Shown here one piece after another: positions 50,101 to 59,281 of a DNA stretch of 64,000 nucleotides (position 1 is its first letter; the number at the start of each line of letters is the position of its first letter). Location of the stretch: positions 144,894,001 to 144,958,000 of the forward strand of contig NW_027362768.1 in the NCBI RefSeq assembly GCF_046119375.1, read 5' to 3'. The position numbers and the translations under genes were made by a program. The stretch comes from Phyllobates terribilis (Eukaryota). The notes under the pieces were generated by a model. That model was given only the letters and a program-made list of their open reading frames with translations. It was not told where the DNA came from and searched no databases.

Positions 50101-52338
50101 AAAATAGCTAAAAAGCCAAAGGGGGTGAAAACTTTCGCAAGCCACTGTAATAAAGATAAGTGAAAACATTTGCAGGAATAGGTGGCCGCTGAACAGGAGC
50201 CCTGCAAACCGCATCCTACCTTCTACAGCCGCCATGTCATAGTTGCACTGTGACAAATGAATGATGTTGTGGCAGACTGGCTAATCAAAAGAAGCACCGG
50301 TGATGTCAGCAGGTAAGAGGTGGCTAACAGGACTACTGAATACTAACCTGTCCGCTGGTCCAGGGTCCTGCAAGTCGATTTGCTCATTTGTAGTATATAA
50401 GTATTATAGGTTCTCCTCACATACCTTCCTCAGACTGCACAGGTCTTCTGTCCATAAAAAGGCTGCTGTTGAAGGAGCCTGTGACCAGACCTGTCCATCA
50501 ACCTCCTCCAATTTAAAGAGACTGCACCCGGGAAAGCGTTTATTTTTTTATTGGACGAGGCTGATGGACAGGTCGGGTCACATGCTTCTCTGTCAGCAGT
50601 ATGGAAAGCTGTGCAGTCTGTGAGAAAGGAACAGAACTTCTAATCCTTATATATTAGTAGGTGCCATAAAAATCATCCCTCCAAACACATGTTAAAAAAA
50701 AATAACAATTAGGCTAAATGCCCATGATGCAGAAATGCTGCAGATTTTTCCCGCATCTCCCTGGAAGGAAAAACGCAAGCGGGTTTTACATGCGTTTTTC
50801 CTGCCAGGTAAAAGCATTTGTCAAGCGTTTTTGCATGCATTTCTGCATGCGGGTTTATCAAGCGCTTTTCCAAGCAATTTGAGCATCACTTGCAAAAGTG
50901 CTTGACAACTTGGTCACACTATATAAATCGGCATGGATTTATATAGTGTGACCAAGTTAATAGTTAAAAAAAGAAGAAAAATGGTAAAAAACAAAGATTA
51001 TACTTACCTTCTGATGGCCCCCGGTCTTTTCTCCGCTGCGTCCGGTCTCCCCGGTGTCTCGTGGTGGTGTGAAAGGACCTTTCATGACATCATTTAGTCA
51101 TGTGACAAGTCACACGATAGCCGACGTCAGCGGTCGCGTGACCTGTCACGTGACTAAATGACATCAATGAAGGTCCTTTTAGACCATCGCGAGCCGTACA
51201 AGAGACCGGACGCACCACAGAGGAGACCGGGGGCCATCGAAAGGTAAGTATAATCTTTATTTTTTATTTTAAATTCTTTTTTTAACAGGTACTATGGTAC
51301 CTGGGTCTGGAGGAGAGTGTCCTCTTCTCCAGACCCAGGTACCATCCGCACATTGAATCGGTTAATATCCGCATGTCCACATGTAGTCATGTGGATATTA
51401 AGTGATTCAATGCAAGTCAATGGCAATTACGCTGTGTGTCCGCAAAATTAATGGACATGCTGCGTATTTTTCCGCAATGATAATCCGCAGCGGAAATTTC
51501 CACAGCATGTGCACAGCACATGCGGATTATCATTGGGGACCATAGGGCACGTATTACCAAGCGTTTTTTAAGCGTTTTCGCTGCTGAAATTCCGCGGCAA
51601 AAACGCTTGAAAAACGCATAGTGGGCACGCAGCCTTAGACCACACCTTTACGTAGTTTGCCAGTCTGTGTTGTCAAAGTGAACCCGGCCTGTCAGTATCT
51701 AGATACTGGAAAATGATGAACTATTATATGGCTGGACCGGGATAGAAAGGAAAACTATCCTTATTCACCGACAGCAATGAGAGATCTTAAAAATAATAGA
51801 AAAATAAGACAGTGTAGTAAAAACTTGCACATAATTGCTTGCAAAATGATTACACTTAATGCACACAATACCTTCAGGGGAGCGATCACTGTCAAAGAGC
51901 ATAGACTGGAGGCAGGCCAGATCCGGGGCTTTCTCTGGGTCAATTTCATCTGGAGCCTTCTTCATAAACATGGGAATCTTCTCAAACTCCTACAGTGGAT
52001 GTAGAAAATGAAGGTTACATCGTGGGATATCATACAACATCTGCATTACTCTGCCAGTAAGTATTACAGCTCCTACCATGGTACCGTATGGACTCTGTAG
52101 GTAAACGTATGCAGTCCACCCGAGGTGAACGATGGAGAGCTCTGTAGCCCTATAGGTTATATCGCCCGACCACGATGACTATGACCTCTCCCTTTATAGA
52201 ATAGTATCATCACCTAAATAAGCCGGTTCTCACCTCCTCCCAGTTGTCCTCATTGAAAGCTCCCTTGTACTTCTGCGTTCGGAACTTATCCATAAACTGG
52301 TCCATGACTTCATCTTCCTCTGGCTGCTTCGGATCCAT
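29065..52338 (-). CDS. TTC4: TTC4 (TPR Hsp70/Hsp90 co-chaperone), join(52338..52234,51989..51872,47432..47271,45257..45180,44751..44627,43439..43353,41396..41182,41083..40999,30884..30802,29167..29065), 1161 nt = 386 aa + stop
   Basis: Exons join in frame. PLFM-like motif (PMFMKKAP), DLACLQS, TPRs ([29 protein letters not shown]), [16 protein letters not shown] and TLLQVLQH are TTC4/Cns1 hallmarks. Confidence 0.95.
29435..30234. mobile_element. Solo LTR (800 bp) in TTC4 last intron
   Basis: TGTAGC...GTAACA ends; 5-bp TSD GAGTA (29430-34, 30235-39). Confidence 0.8.
30802..30884 (-). CDS. TTC4: TTC4 coding exon 9 ([27 protein letters not shown])
   Basis: ttttgcag acceptor, gtgaga donor. Confidence 0.92.
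32820..33102. mobile_element. MITE, AGTG(A/T)TGAGCG family
   Basis: Inverted termini; palindromic interior. Confidence 0.7.
33147..33387. repeat. Degenerate telomere-like array (CCCTAA/CCCTAG/CCCAA, about 17-bp higher-order unit)
   Basis: Read directly from the sequence. Confidence 0.9.
34267..35694 (-). CDS. DIRS1 tyrosine recombinase (ORF3)
   Basis: SARRVGDL (catalytic R), [12 protein letters not shown] (HxxR), ATWST..F.KHY (catalytic Y). Confidence 0.9.
   Translation of the reverse strand: MGVEPGGLPSDCPVMGAARHRPVRHKGKQKGAEILLPKSGRKSPCRRCPPDSLGVQEGLCLSAISDDSSSGEEDPGGRRQGDFDSPFLAQEALVLFASANVGVRSLDSTREAGPSHAGTSIPYPGQGVPSFGMEFERSLLSSKGFSPGLVSTLLGSRKPITTKIYSRVWAKFLEFIDIPLSSKPPIRGILEFLQKGWDLGLATGTLKVQVSALGALYNCNLAGNRWISRFIKSCARAGPVRSLGVPPWDLNLVLNALTSEPFEPLHKVSPKILTLKTILLVALTSARRVGDLQALSVNPPYTQIFEDRVTLRPDPAYLPKVVSRFHRSQEIVLPSFCSNPKNPGEVRFHSLDVRRSLLQYIHMTSLWRKDGSLFLAFQGCRKGHGVSKGTISRWLKEAICLAYTSTGVPAPDNVRAHSTRAVATSWAERADVSIEQICRAATWSTPSTFFKHYRLDLSSSDLTFGRRVLQAVVPP
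35274..37210 (-). pseudogene. DIRS1 pol (RT - RNase H - methyltransferase-like) broken by two frameshifts
   Basis: [47 protein letters not shown] and AYAFPP motifs. Frameshifts at the T9 run 36885-93 and the C5 run 36028-32. Confidence 0.9.
37170..38357 (-). CDS. DIRS1 Gag-like ORF1 (395 aa, N-terminal CxxC...CxxC)
   Basis: CALC...LCQGC zinc-finger-like start; position upstream of RT; RRALWL motif seen in vertebrate DIRS gag. Confidence 0.8.
   Translation of the reverse strand: MCALCQASLSVEWQKPLCQGCVTKTIAENSRDFAADLKSIVHAEVQGSLKGFLRGKKRPRREVSPVSDSSQSEEQWDSSSSSSSGGGRPCFPIENTDRLVRAVRSTMGLEEERASKSREDIMFAGLGEKKRRSFPVNSKIQGLIDREWRRPERSGALPSFSKRRYPFEEKDAEPWDKIPKVDGTVARSSKRSSLPLEDSGVLKDALDKRADSFLRHTWEAAAGGLKPAVASTCVARSLMVWLQQLEDQLKDKKVSRQAILAELPLIQTASAFLADSSADSVRLSARAAGLSNAARRALWLKGCPGDLPSKQKLCSLPCDGRLLFGQKLEDLLEKAGDKTKGFPGFSGEPRRFSFRRRKFNRGRPPGDKNKWEAKSKKESGYMFGGPSSSSKGSSQ
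40999..41083 (-). CDS. TTC4: TTC4 coding exon 8 ([28 protein letters not shown])
   Basis: tttttag acceptor, gtcggt donor. Confidence 0.9.
41182..41396 (-). CDS. TTC4: TTC4 coding exon 7 (ERGIKLL...[25 protein letters not shown])
   Basis: tactatag acceptor, gtaggt donor. Confidence 0.94.
43353..43439 (-). CDS. TTC4: TTC4 coding exon 6 ([29 protein letters not shown]), GC donor
   Basis: gtacag acceptor; ends AAG|gcaaga; phase 0 fits exon 7. Confidence 0.88.
44627..44751 (-). CDS. TTC4: TTC4 coding exon 5 ([42 protein letters not shown])
   Basis: gttttag acceptor, gtaagt donor. Confidence 0.94.
45180..45257 (-). CDS. TTC4: TTC4 coding exon 4 ([26 protein letters not shown])
   Basis: ctctccag acceptor, gtaatg donor. 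Confidence 0.93.
46138..47217. mobile_element. TA-flanked palindromic MITE (Tc1/mariner-pogo type) with internal 97-bp repeats
   Basis: CCGTATTTTTCGGACTATAAGAC TIR and its inverse; a lone related end at about 27382. Confidence 0.8.
47271..47432 (-). CDS. TTC4: TTC4 coding exon 3 (TPR1-2)
   Basis: [32 protein letters not shown]...[12 protein letters not shown]; gcgcag acceptor, gtgagt donor. Confidence 0.95.
47823..50147 (-). mobile_element. Tc1-like transposon (different family), deleted transposase, interrupted by a solo LTR
   Basis: CAGTGGCTTG(T/C)GAAAGT ends; ORF 49054-49755 with [26 protein letters not shown]. Confidence 0.88.
48189..48899 (+). mobile_element. Solo LTR (711 bp) inserted in a Tc1 element
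   Basis: TGTAGA...AAAACA ends; 5-bp TSD ATGGT (48184-88, 48900-04); TATATAA at 48528, AATAAA at 48820. Confidence 0.8.
50712..51634. mobile_element. Harbinger-type palindromic MITE
   Basis: GGCT..TGCCCA TIRs with 3-bp TTA duplication. Confidence 0.65.
51872..51989 (-). CDS. TTC4: TTC4 coding exon 2 ([39 protein letters not shown])
   Basis: ctgtag acceptor, gtattg donor. Confidence 0.94.
52234..52338 (-). CDS. TTC4: TTC4 first coding exon ([35 protein letters not shown])
   Basis: ATG at 52338; acceptor ttttacag at 52355 implies an upstream non-coding exon; donor gtgaga. Confidence 0.92.
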
Positions 52339-52859
52339 GACAGCGCAGGTTTTCCTGTAAAATACAAATATCATCATGTTTCAATATATATATTTTTTAA
52401 ATTAATTTTGCTTACAAGAGACGACAAGGATTTGAGATAGTTTGGACATGCAAGGTCCTGTAGGATTACTGACTGCAACATTCAGGTATGCAATCACTTA
52501 TGGTGGTCCCAGCTGAGCAGACTCATGGCCGCCTGTGCATTTATTCTCCATATGGATGCAATGGCCGCCTTACCAGACAGGGGTCAGGGACCGCCATCCT
52601 GGTGCTTGATTGTCTCCATATTTTTGGAGGGGAAAGAAGGGACCTAAGATCAAAAGCGCTTCATAGTCACATATCACACAGTGTGCACTCATATCCACCA
52701 TATAATACCGCCATAAACTGTATCTTCTATGCAGGAAGCAGCAATAGGGCCAGAGAAGCCTGCACAATCTATTGGCTAGCCATTAAAGGGGAAATTAAAG
52801 ATGCCATTGGACATCCCCTTTTAGAATCAGACAGGTACCATGTAAACCAGGGAAAGCAG

Positions 52860-53055
52860 ATTCCCAGGGACTACGGTACTTAGACCGGCAGCCGCGTTTT
52901 GCAGAACCTTAAATTGCTCCTTACAATGTGAGCGCATGCACCCAGGGGTTCACTACTGAAAGCTGAGGCGCATGCAATGAAGGATTACTGGCCAGGGTCA
53001 GGACGTATTTTGCAGGCACAGTCCGTGTGCTTTGCGCTCCCGTCCCACCAATGAA
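52860..53055. promoter_or_regulatory. Candidate TTC4/PARS2 shared promoter region
   Basis: Locally CpG-richer; two GCGCATGC NRF1-like sites (52932, 52968) and a CCAAT near 53048; lies between the two divergent genes. No TSS can be fixed from sequence. Confidence 0.35.
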
Positions 53056-53057
53056 GA

Positions 53058-53696
53058 CAGCAGCCCCGGCGTCTCCTGCGTCATGCACATGCAGCAGCCC
53101 CGGCGTCTCCTGCGTCATGCACATGCAGCAGCCCCGGCGTCTCCTGCGTCATGCACATGCAGCAGCCCCGGCGTCTCCTGCGTCATGCACATGCAGCAGC
53201 CCCGGCGTCTCCTGCGTCATGCACATGCAGCAGCCCCGGCGTCTCCTGCGTCATGCACATGCAGCAGCCCCGGCGTCTCCTGCGTCATGCACATGCAGCA
53301 GCCCCGGCGTCTCCTGCATCATGCACATGCAGCAGCCCCGGCGTCTCCTGCGTCATGCACATGCAGCAGCCCCGGCGTCTCCTGCGTCATGCACATGCAG
53401 CAGCCCCGGCGTCATGCACATGCAGCAGCCCCGGCGTCATGCACATGCAGCAGCCCCGGCGTCATGCACATGCAGCAGCCCCGGCATCTCCTGCGTCATG
53501 CACATGCAGCAGCCCCGGCGTCTCCTGTGTCATGCACATGCAGCAGCCCCGGCGTCTCCTGTGTCATGCACATGCAGCAGCCCCGGCGTCTCCTGCGTCA
53601 TGCACATGCAGCAGCCCCGGCGTCTCCTGTGTCATGCACATGCAGCAGCCCCGGCGTCTCCTGTGTCATGCACATGCAGCAGCCCCGGCGTCTCCT
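53058..53696. repeat. 34-bp CpG-rich minisatellite, about 19 units including three 25-bp deletion units
   Basis: Unit GCAGCAGCCCCGGCGTCTCCTGCGTCATGCACAT. Confidence 0.97.
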
Positions 53697-53708
53697 ATGT
53701 GATGTATA

Positions 53709-54844
53709 TGTAACGTGATGCCAGGCGGTAGCCGTGGGCGAGGTACTAGTCTCTTATGCCCCGTCATGTTACATGAAGGTGAGGGTCTTGGCTGGATGCG
53801 TGGACTTGTGCTGTGAGGGCACTACACCTGTGCAGGCCGCATGTAACCGATGTTGCTTGTTGGCCAGGACCAGATGTTTGACAGTTCAAAATAAACCTTT
53901 TACTGAACATTAACTTGGGAAGGGTTATATACAGTAGATAATGGGTAAGTATCTTTTCAAATGTTTCCTTGATAATGCGTAACATTTTCCTCACAGAAAT
54001 TCAATCCCTTTCTCTTCTCTCTCTTTACTTGTTCACGGTCTTCACTGCTCCTCACTACTTCTCCACAACCCAGCTCAACACCACAGTTCAGCTAGCAAGA
54101 GTCCCTTACTCAACCCGGAGTTCTTGGTCTTCTTTCCCCTTAGAGGAGCTACTTTCTCAATATGGCCGGTACTTATCTTCTCTGATGCTGACGCTCTGGA
54201 GCTCCCGCCTGGGGTGCTCTCTTTGTCCAGCGTACTCCATCCTGTCTAGGTCCGTTACCTCTGTGAGTTATAAACTCTGGGCCGTACTGCTAGGTGTCAT
54301 CTCCCAGGACCCATCTCCAATAAATCACTCTGTCTCTCAGTCACTCTTCCTAGTCTCCGCTCCAGATCACGCTCTCTTTCTCCTGGTCTCCTCTCACTTC
54401 TAGGGACACCCATGAAATGCAGTAGTGCTCACACCAGACATTACGTCTCTTCTCTATACACTCCAGGCCCTATCTGACTCACTGCCAGGAAACTGTCTCT
54501 CTCCATATAGCTTTGCCCCTCCCACTCTGGGCTAGTCCCAAACTTAACTCCAACTGTCCCTGTTACTTATCTGTTGCTGGGCAGAAGACAGCTGTGTCAC
54601 CAACAACACAGATCACTAAACATATAAACATAAACGCAGAACACAATTCACATTACACCTGCAGTGTAATATACATCTGTGTTTGGTATTACTTACTGCT
54701 GCGAGTTCTTTACAAAACTTATCATAACGAGTCTCCTGCTCTCCAGACCGACGCAAACCTGGAGAAACAGTTGCAAGTAGCAACATAATCCATACCACCT
54801 AACATCACAGTCACACCAAGGGCAAGCAGCGCCAGCTGTCACAT
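53709..54844 (-). mobile_element. Possible solo LTR or LTR fragment
   Basis: TG..CA-like ends and LTR-like composition, but no TSD found and boundaries are uncertain. Confidence 0.3.
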
Positions 54845-56166
54845 TAGGGGGAGTTAAAGGGATAGTCCCATCTCCAAGGTCCTATCCCAATATGTAGTAG
54901 GTGTAATAATAACAATATTAGCAAATACCTCCAATTAGAAATGTAGTATAGTTCTCCTGATAACCTGTCACTTACCCCATGTGCAGGGCATTACAGAAGC
55001 TTAAGTATCCACTAGCAAGTAACTGTCACTGAGTGGTCGTAACCATGGATACCTAAGCTACTGCAATGCCCTGCACATGGGGTAAGCAACATGGGTTATC
55101 AGAAGAACTATGCTACATTACTAATTGAAGGTATTAGCTAATATTATAATTATTACTCCTACTACATATTGGGATAGGATCTTGTAGATGGGAAATGACC
55201 GCCCCCGCTGTATACCAATGCAATGCAAGTACTGACTCAGAGCAACTGCCAAGTTACATGAGAAAGCCTGCAAGTCACAAAGAGCTACCAAATGGATGGC
55301 ATGCTGGTACATGTAGTTCTCCTAACAGGGCACAGATATTCCCATCTATGTGACAAATAAGAGCCCACCTGGTAATGTCAGCGCTCCACTAGGTCTCCAG
55401 TCCTCCAGCACTCTCTCAAGCGTCGCCCCTCTGTCACACACTTCCGGTCTTCTCTGTGGTTCCCACGTGTTCCTCGCTGTGCACCGCGCTTTCCGTTCCC
55501 CCATGTGTTTCCGGTGTGCGTCTTCCGAGTTCTTTTACCCTTGGATATTGGCGTTGAGCAGCCCCGTGTCTGGTAAGGGTGAGCCGTGCTGGGAACAGGG
55601 GACAAAGGGCAATGGTTCCCTGTGTGATGTGTGCAGCTGCCCTGCCGGGTGTCATGGCTGCTGTGTCTCAGGCTTCTTTTTCTTAACCCTTTCAAGTTCT
55701 TCCTGCTTTGGTTGTCACTAGCATATATGAATTGTGCAAATAAATGCAGAAGTGTCATCCATGAAGGGGCCGGCTCCAGGTGTACGTGGCCCCTTTGGTG
55801 ACCCAGTCCCAGTGATTCCCTCTTCGCTTTCAATTTTCTTCACGTCTTTCAAGAGCTGTAACTTTTTCTTTTTGGGTTGACGGGTTTGTGCCAGGACTTG
55901 TTTTTTTTTTTTTTTTGCAGTATGAGCTGTAATTTTCCTCGTTAACACTTTAGGACTTTAGGGTGCGCACGACTTTCTGGTCTCTTTTACTTCTATTTTT
56001 TTGTGGAAGGCGAAGTGACGAAAAACAGTTTTTTCTACAAATTGTTTTATTTTTTTGTTTTAGCAATCACCGTATGGGGTAAATATTATGATACTTTAGT
56101 AGTTCAGACATGAAGCAATTCCCTTTTTCTTTTTTTTTTAACATTCCGGGAAAAGGAAGTGATATG

Positions 56167-56231
<65 letters not shown>

Positions 56232-56239
56232 TGTATATA

Positions 56240-57859
56240 CAGTACAGACCAAAAGTTTGGACACACCTCATTTAAAGAAATTTCTGTATTTTCATGACTA
56301 TGAAAATTGTACATTCACACTGAAGGCATCAAAACTATGAATTAACACATGTGGAATTATATACTTAACAAAAAAGTGTGAAACAACTGAAAATATGTCT
56401 TATATTCTAGGTTCTTCAAAGTAGCCACCTTTTGCTTTGATGACTGCTTTGCACACTCTTGGCATTCTCTTGATGTGCTTCAAGAGGTAGTCACCGGAAA
56501 TGGTCTTCCAACAATCTTGAAGGAGTTCCCAGAGATGCTTAGCACTTGTTGGCCCTTTTGCCTTCACTCTGCGGTCCAGTTCACCCCAAACCATCTCGAT
56601 TGGGTTCAGGTCTGGTGACTGTGGAGGCCAGGTCATCTGGTGTAGCCCCCCATCACTCTCCCTCTTGGTCAAATAGCCCTTACACAGCCTGGAGGTGTGT
56701 TTGGGGTCATTGTTCTGTTGAAAAATAAATGATGGTCCAACTAAACGCAAACCGGATGAAATAGCATGCCGCTGCAAGATGCTGTGGTAGCCATGCTGGT
56801 TCAGTATGCCTTCAATTTTGAATAAATCCCCAACAGTGTCACCAGCACAGCACCATCACACCTCCTCCTCCATGCTTCACGGTGGGAACCAGGCATGTAG
56901 AGTCCATCCGTTCACCTTTTCTGCGTCACACAAAGACACGGTGGTTGGAACCAAAGATCTCAAATTTGGACTCATCAGACCAAAGCACAGATTTCCACTG
57001 GTCTAATGTCCATTCCTTGTGTTCTTTAGCCCAAACAAGTCTCTTCTGCTTGTTGCCTGTCCTTAGCAGTGGTTTCCTAGCAGCTATTTTACCATGAAGG
57101 CCTGCTGCACAAAGTCTCCTCTTAACAGTTGTTGTAGAGATGTGTCTGCTGCTAGAACTCTGTGTGGCAGTGACCTGGTCTCTAATATGAGCTGCTGTTA
57201 ACCTGCGATTTCTGAGGCTGGTGACTGGGATAAACTTATCCTCAGAAGCAGAGGTGACTCTTGGTCTTCCTTTCCTGGGGCGGTCCTCATGTGAGCCAGT
57301 TTCTTTGTAGCGCTTGATGGTTTTTGCAACTGCACTTGGGGACACTTTCAAGGTTTTCCCAATTTTTCGGACTGACTGAACATCATTTCTTAAAGTAATG
57401 ATGGCCACTCGTTTTTCTTTACTTAGCTGCTTTTTTTCTTGCCATAATACAAATTCTAACAGTCTATTCAGTAGGACTATCAGCTGTGTATCCACCAGAC
57501 TTCTGCACAACACAACTGATGGTCCCAACCCCATTTATAAGGCAAGAAATTTCACTTATTAAACCTGACAGGGCACACCTGTGAAGTGAAAACCATTTCC
57601 GGTGACTACCTCTTGAAGCTCATCATGAGAATGCCAAGAGTGTGCAAAGCAGTCATCAAAGGAAAAGGTGGCTACTTTGAAGAACCTAGAATATAAGACA
57701 TATTTTCAGTTGTTTCGCACTTTTTTGTTAAGTATATAATTCCACATGTGTTAATTCATAGTTTTGATGCCTTCAGTGTGAATGTACAATTTTCATAGTC
57801 ATGAAAATGCAGAAAAATCTTTAAATGAGAAGGTGTGTCCAAACTTTTGGTCAGTACTG
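56240..57859 (-). mobile_element. Tc1-like transposon, same family as 20623-22237, frameshifted
   Basis: Same termini and transposase on the minus strand (ORFs 56926-57534 and 56400-56777). Confidence 0.93.
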
Positions 57860-58159
57860 TGTAAATATTTATTATTATTTTTTTTTTACGAATTTTGTAT
57901 GAGGTCTTAACCCAGGGATCTCTACAATACACTGTAATATTATAATATTGTAAAATTACAGATCTATGAGTAGAAACCTGCACGCCACACCCCTTCCCCC
58001 ATGGAAAGAGGAGTGGGCCTATTCAGAGATGGAGCATATATTTTTCAAGCATCTCTTGAGGCTGTTTATTGGGTGCAGTTTGCAACAATTAGTCCAGTGT
58101 TTGGCCCTGTCCACACAACATAAGACAAATTCAAGAGTTTTATATGAAATGCAGGATCT

Positions 58160-58447
58160 AGTGATGAGCGCTAGTGCTCGTTACTCGAGTTTGCCTAGGG
58201 TGCTCGGGTATGCACCAAGTACCGCGGGTGCTCAAGTGACATGTTAGAGTCCCCATAGCGACATGTTTCACGACTGTTAGACAACTACAAAACATGCGGG
58301 AATTGCCTGAAAAACACGGGCAATCCCTGAATGTTTTGTAGCTGTCTATTAGCAGCGAAACATTCGGCTGCGGGGACTCGAACATGTCACTCAAGCACCC
58401 ACGCTACTCAATGCAAACTCAAGTAACAAGCACTTGCACTCATCACT
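58160..58447. mobile_element. MITE, AGTGATGAGCG family
   Basis: Inverted termini; similar to 32820-33102. Confidence 0.7.
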
Positions 58448-59281
58448 AGTAGGATCATATTCTGGAGATTTGAAACATATCCTAAAGGAAAAACTAGGCA
58501 ATCCTGCAATCCATCCTTTTTTTTTATTAAAAATTATGTGCAGAACAACAGATCTCCCTTATGTGATGTTAAAGCAAAACTATTCTGACAGATAGCTTCC
58601 CCTTAAAACAACTTCTATCAGTATGTCTTTACATATGGCAGTAGCGGTATGGCTGTATAGGCGCTTGTCCTTTAATAAAAGTGATACCATTTTTTGTAGA
58701 GGTCCAAGTCATGAGATATCTAGTGTAGTAACCATATGCAAATCAGGCTGGAAGCGCATTGGGGGCGTGTCTGCACCGAGAATAAGCATTCTAAGTACAC
58801 TGACACGCCCTCAGTGCACTTCCAGCCTGATTTGCATATGATTTTAACTTTAGATATCTCATGACTGGCTCATCGGATCTCTACAAACAAAATATTGTTT
58901 TCATTGCGAGACAACCAAGTACACAGCCATACCACTACTGACATATGTAAATATGTACTGACAAGTTCCATTTAATGTATTGCGCCCGGTGACATGTTTC
59001 CCTACATTTTGCAACAGTGGTGCAAAGGAAGCCTTCCTTTGGGACCACCAAATCTAAAAGCTCAAGTTTTTTCTTCTTGGGGAAAATTCTTTGTAGGGCT
59101 CCGGAGGCTAATCTGACCGTCCAGCAACCATTGAAAAACTTTTTGTGGCTGAGGTGCAATACCAGACTTATGGACGGACGTGACCCTGCTGAGGAAAGGG
59201 GAACTTTTTTATTTTTTTTGTTTATTTGTGATCAATGTGACGGATTATTGACCTTTTATATTTTTATTACTAGAGTTCGTG

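Noticed and set aside
53027-53718. 228-aa His/Ala/Cys-rich ORFs
   Set aside because: Translations of the 34-bp minisatellite in all frames.
53760-53785. AAG|GTGAGG as the donor of PARS2 non-coding exon 1
   Set aside because: Lies in a probable LTR fragment; cannot be supported without transcripts.
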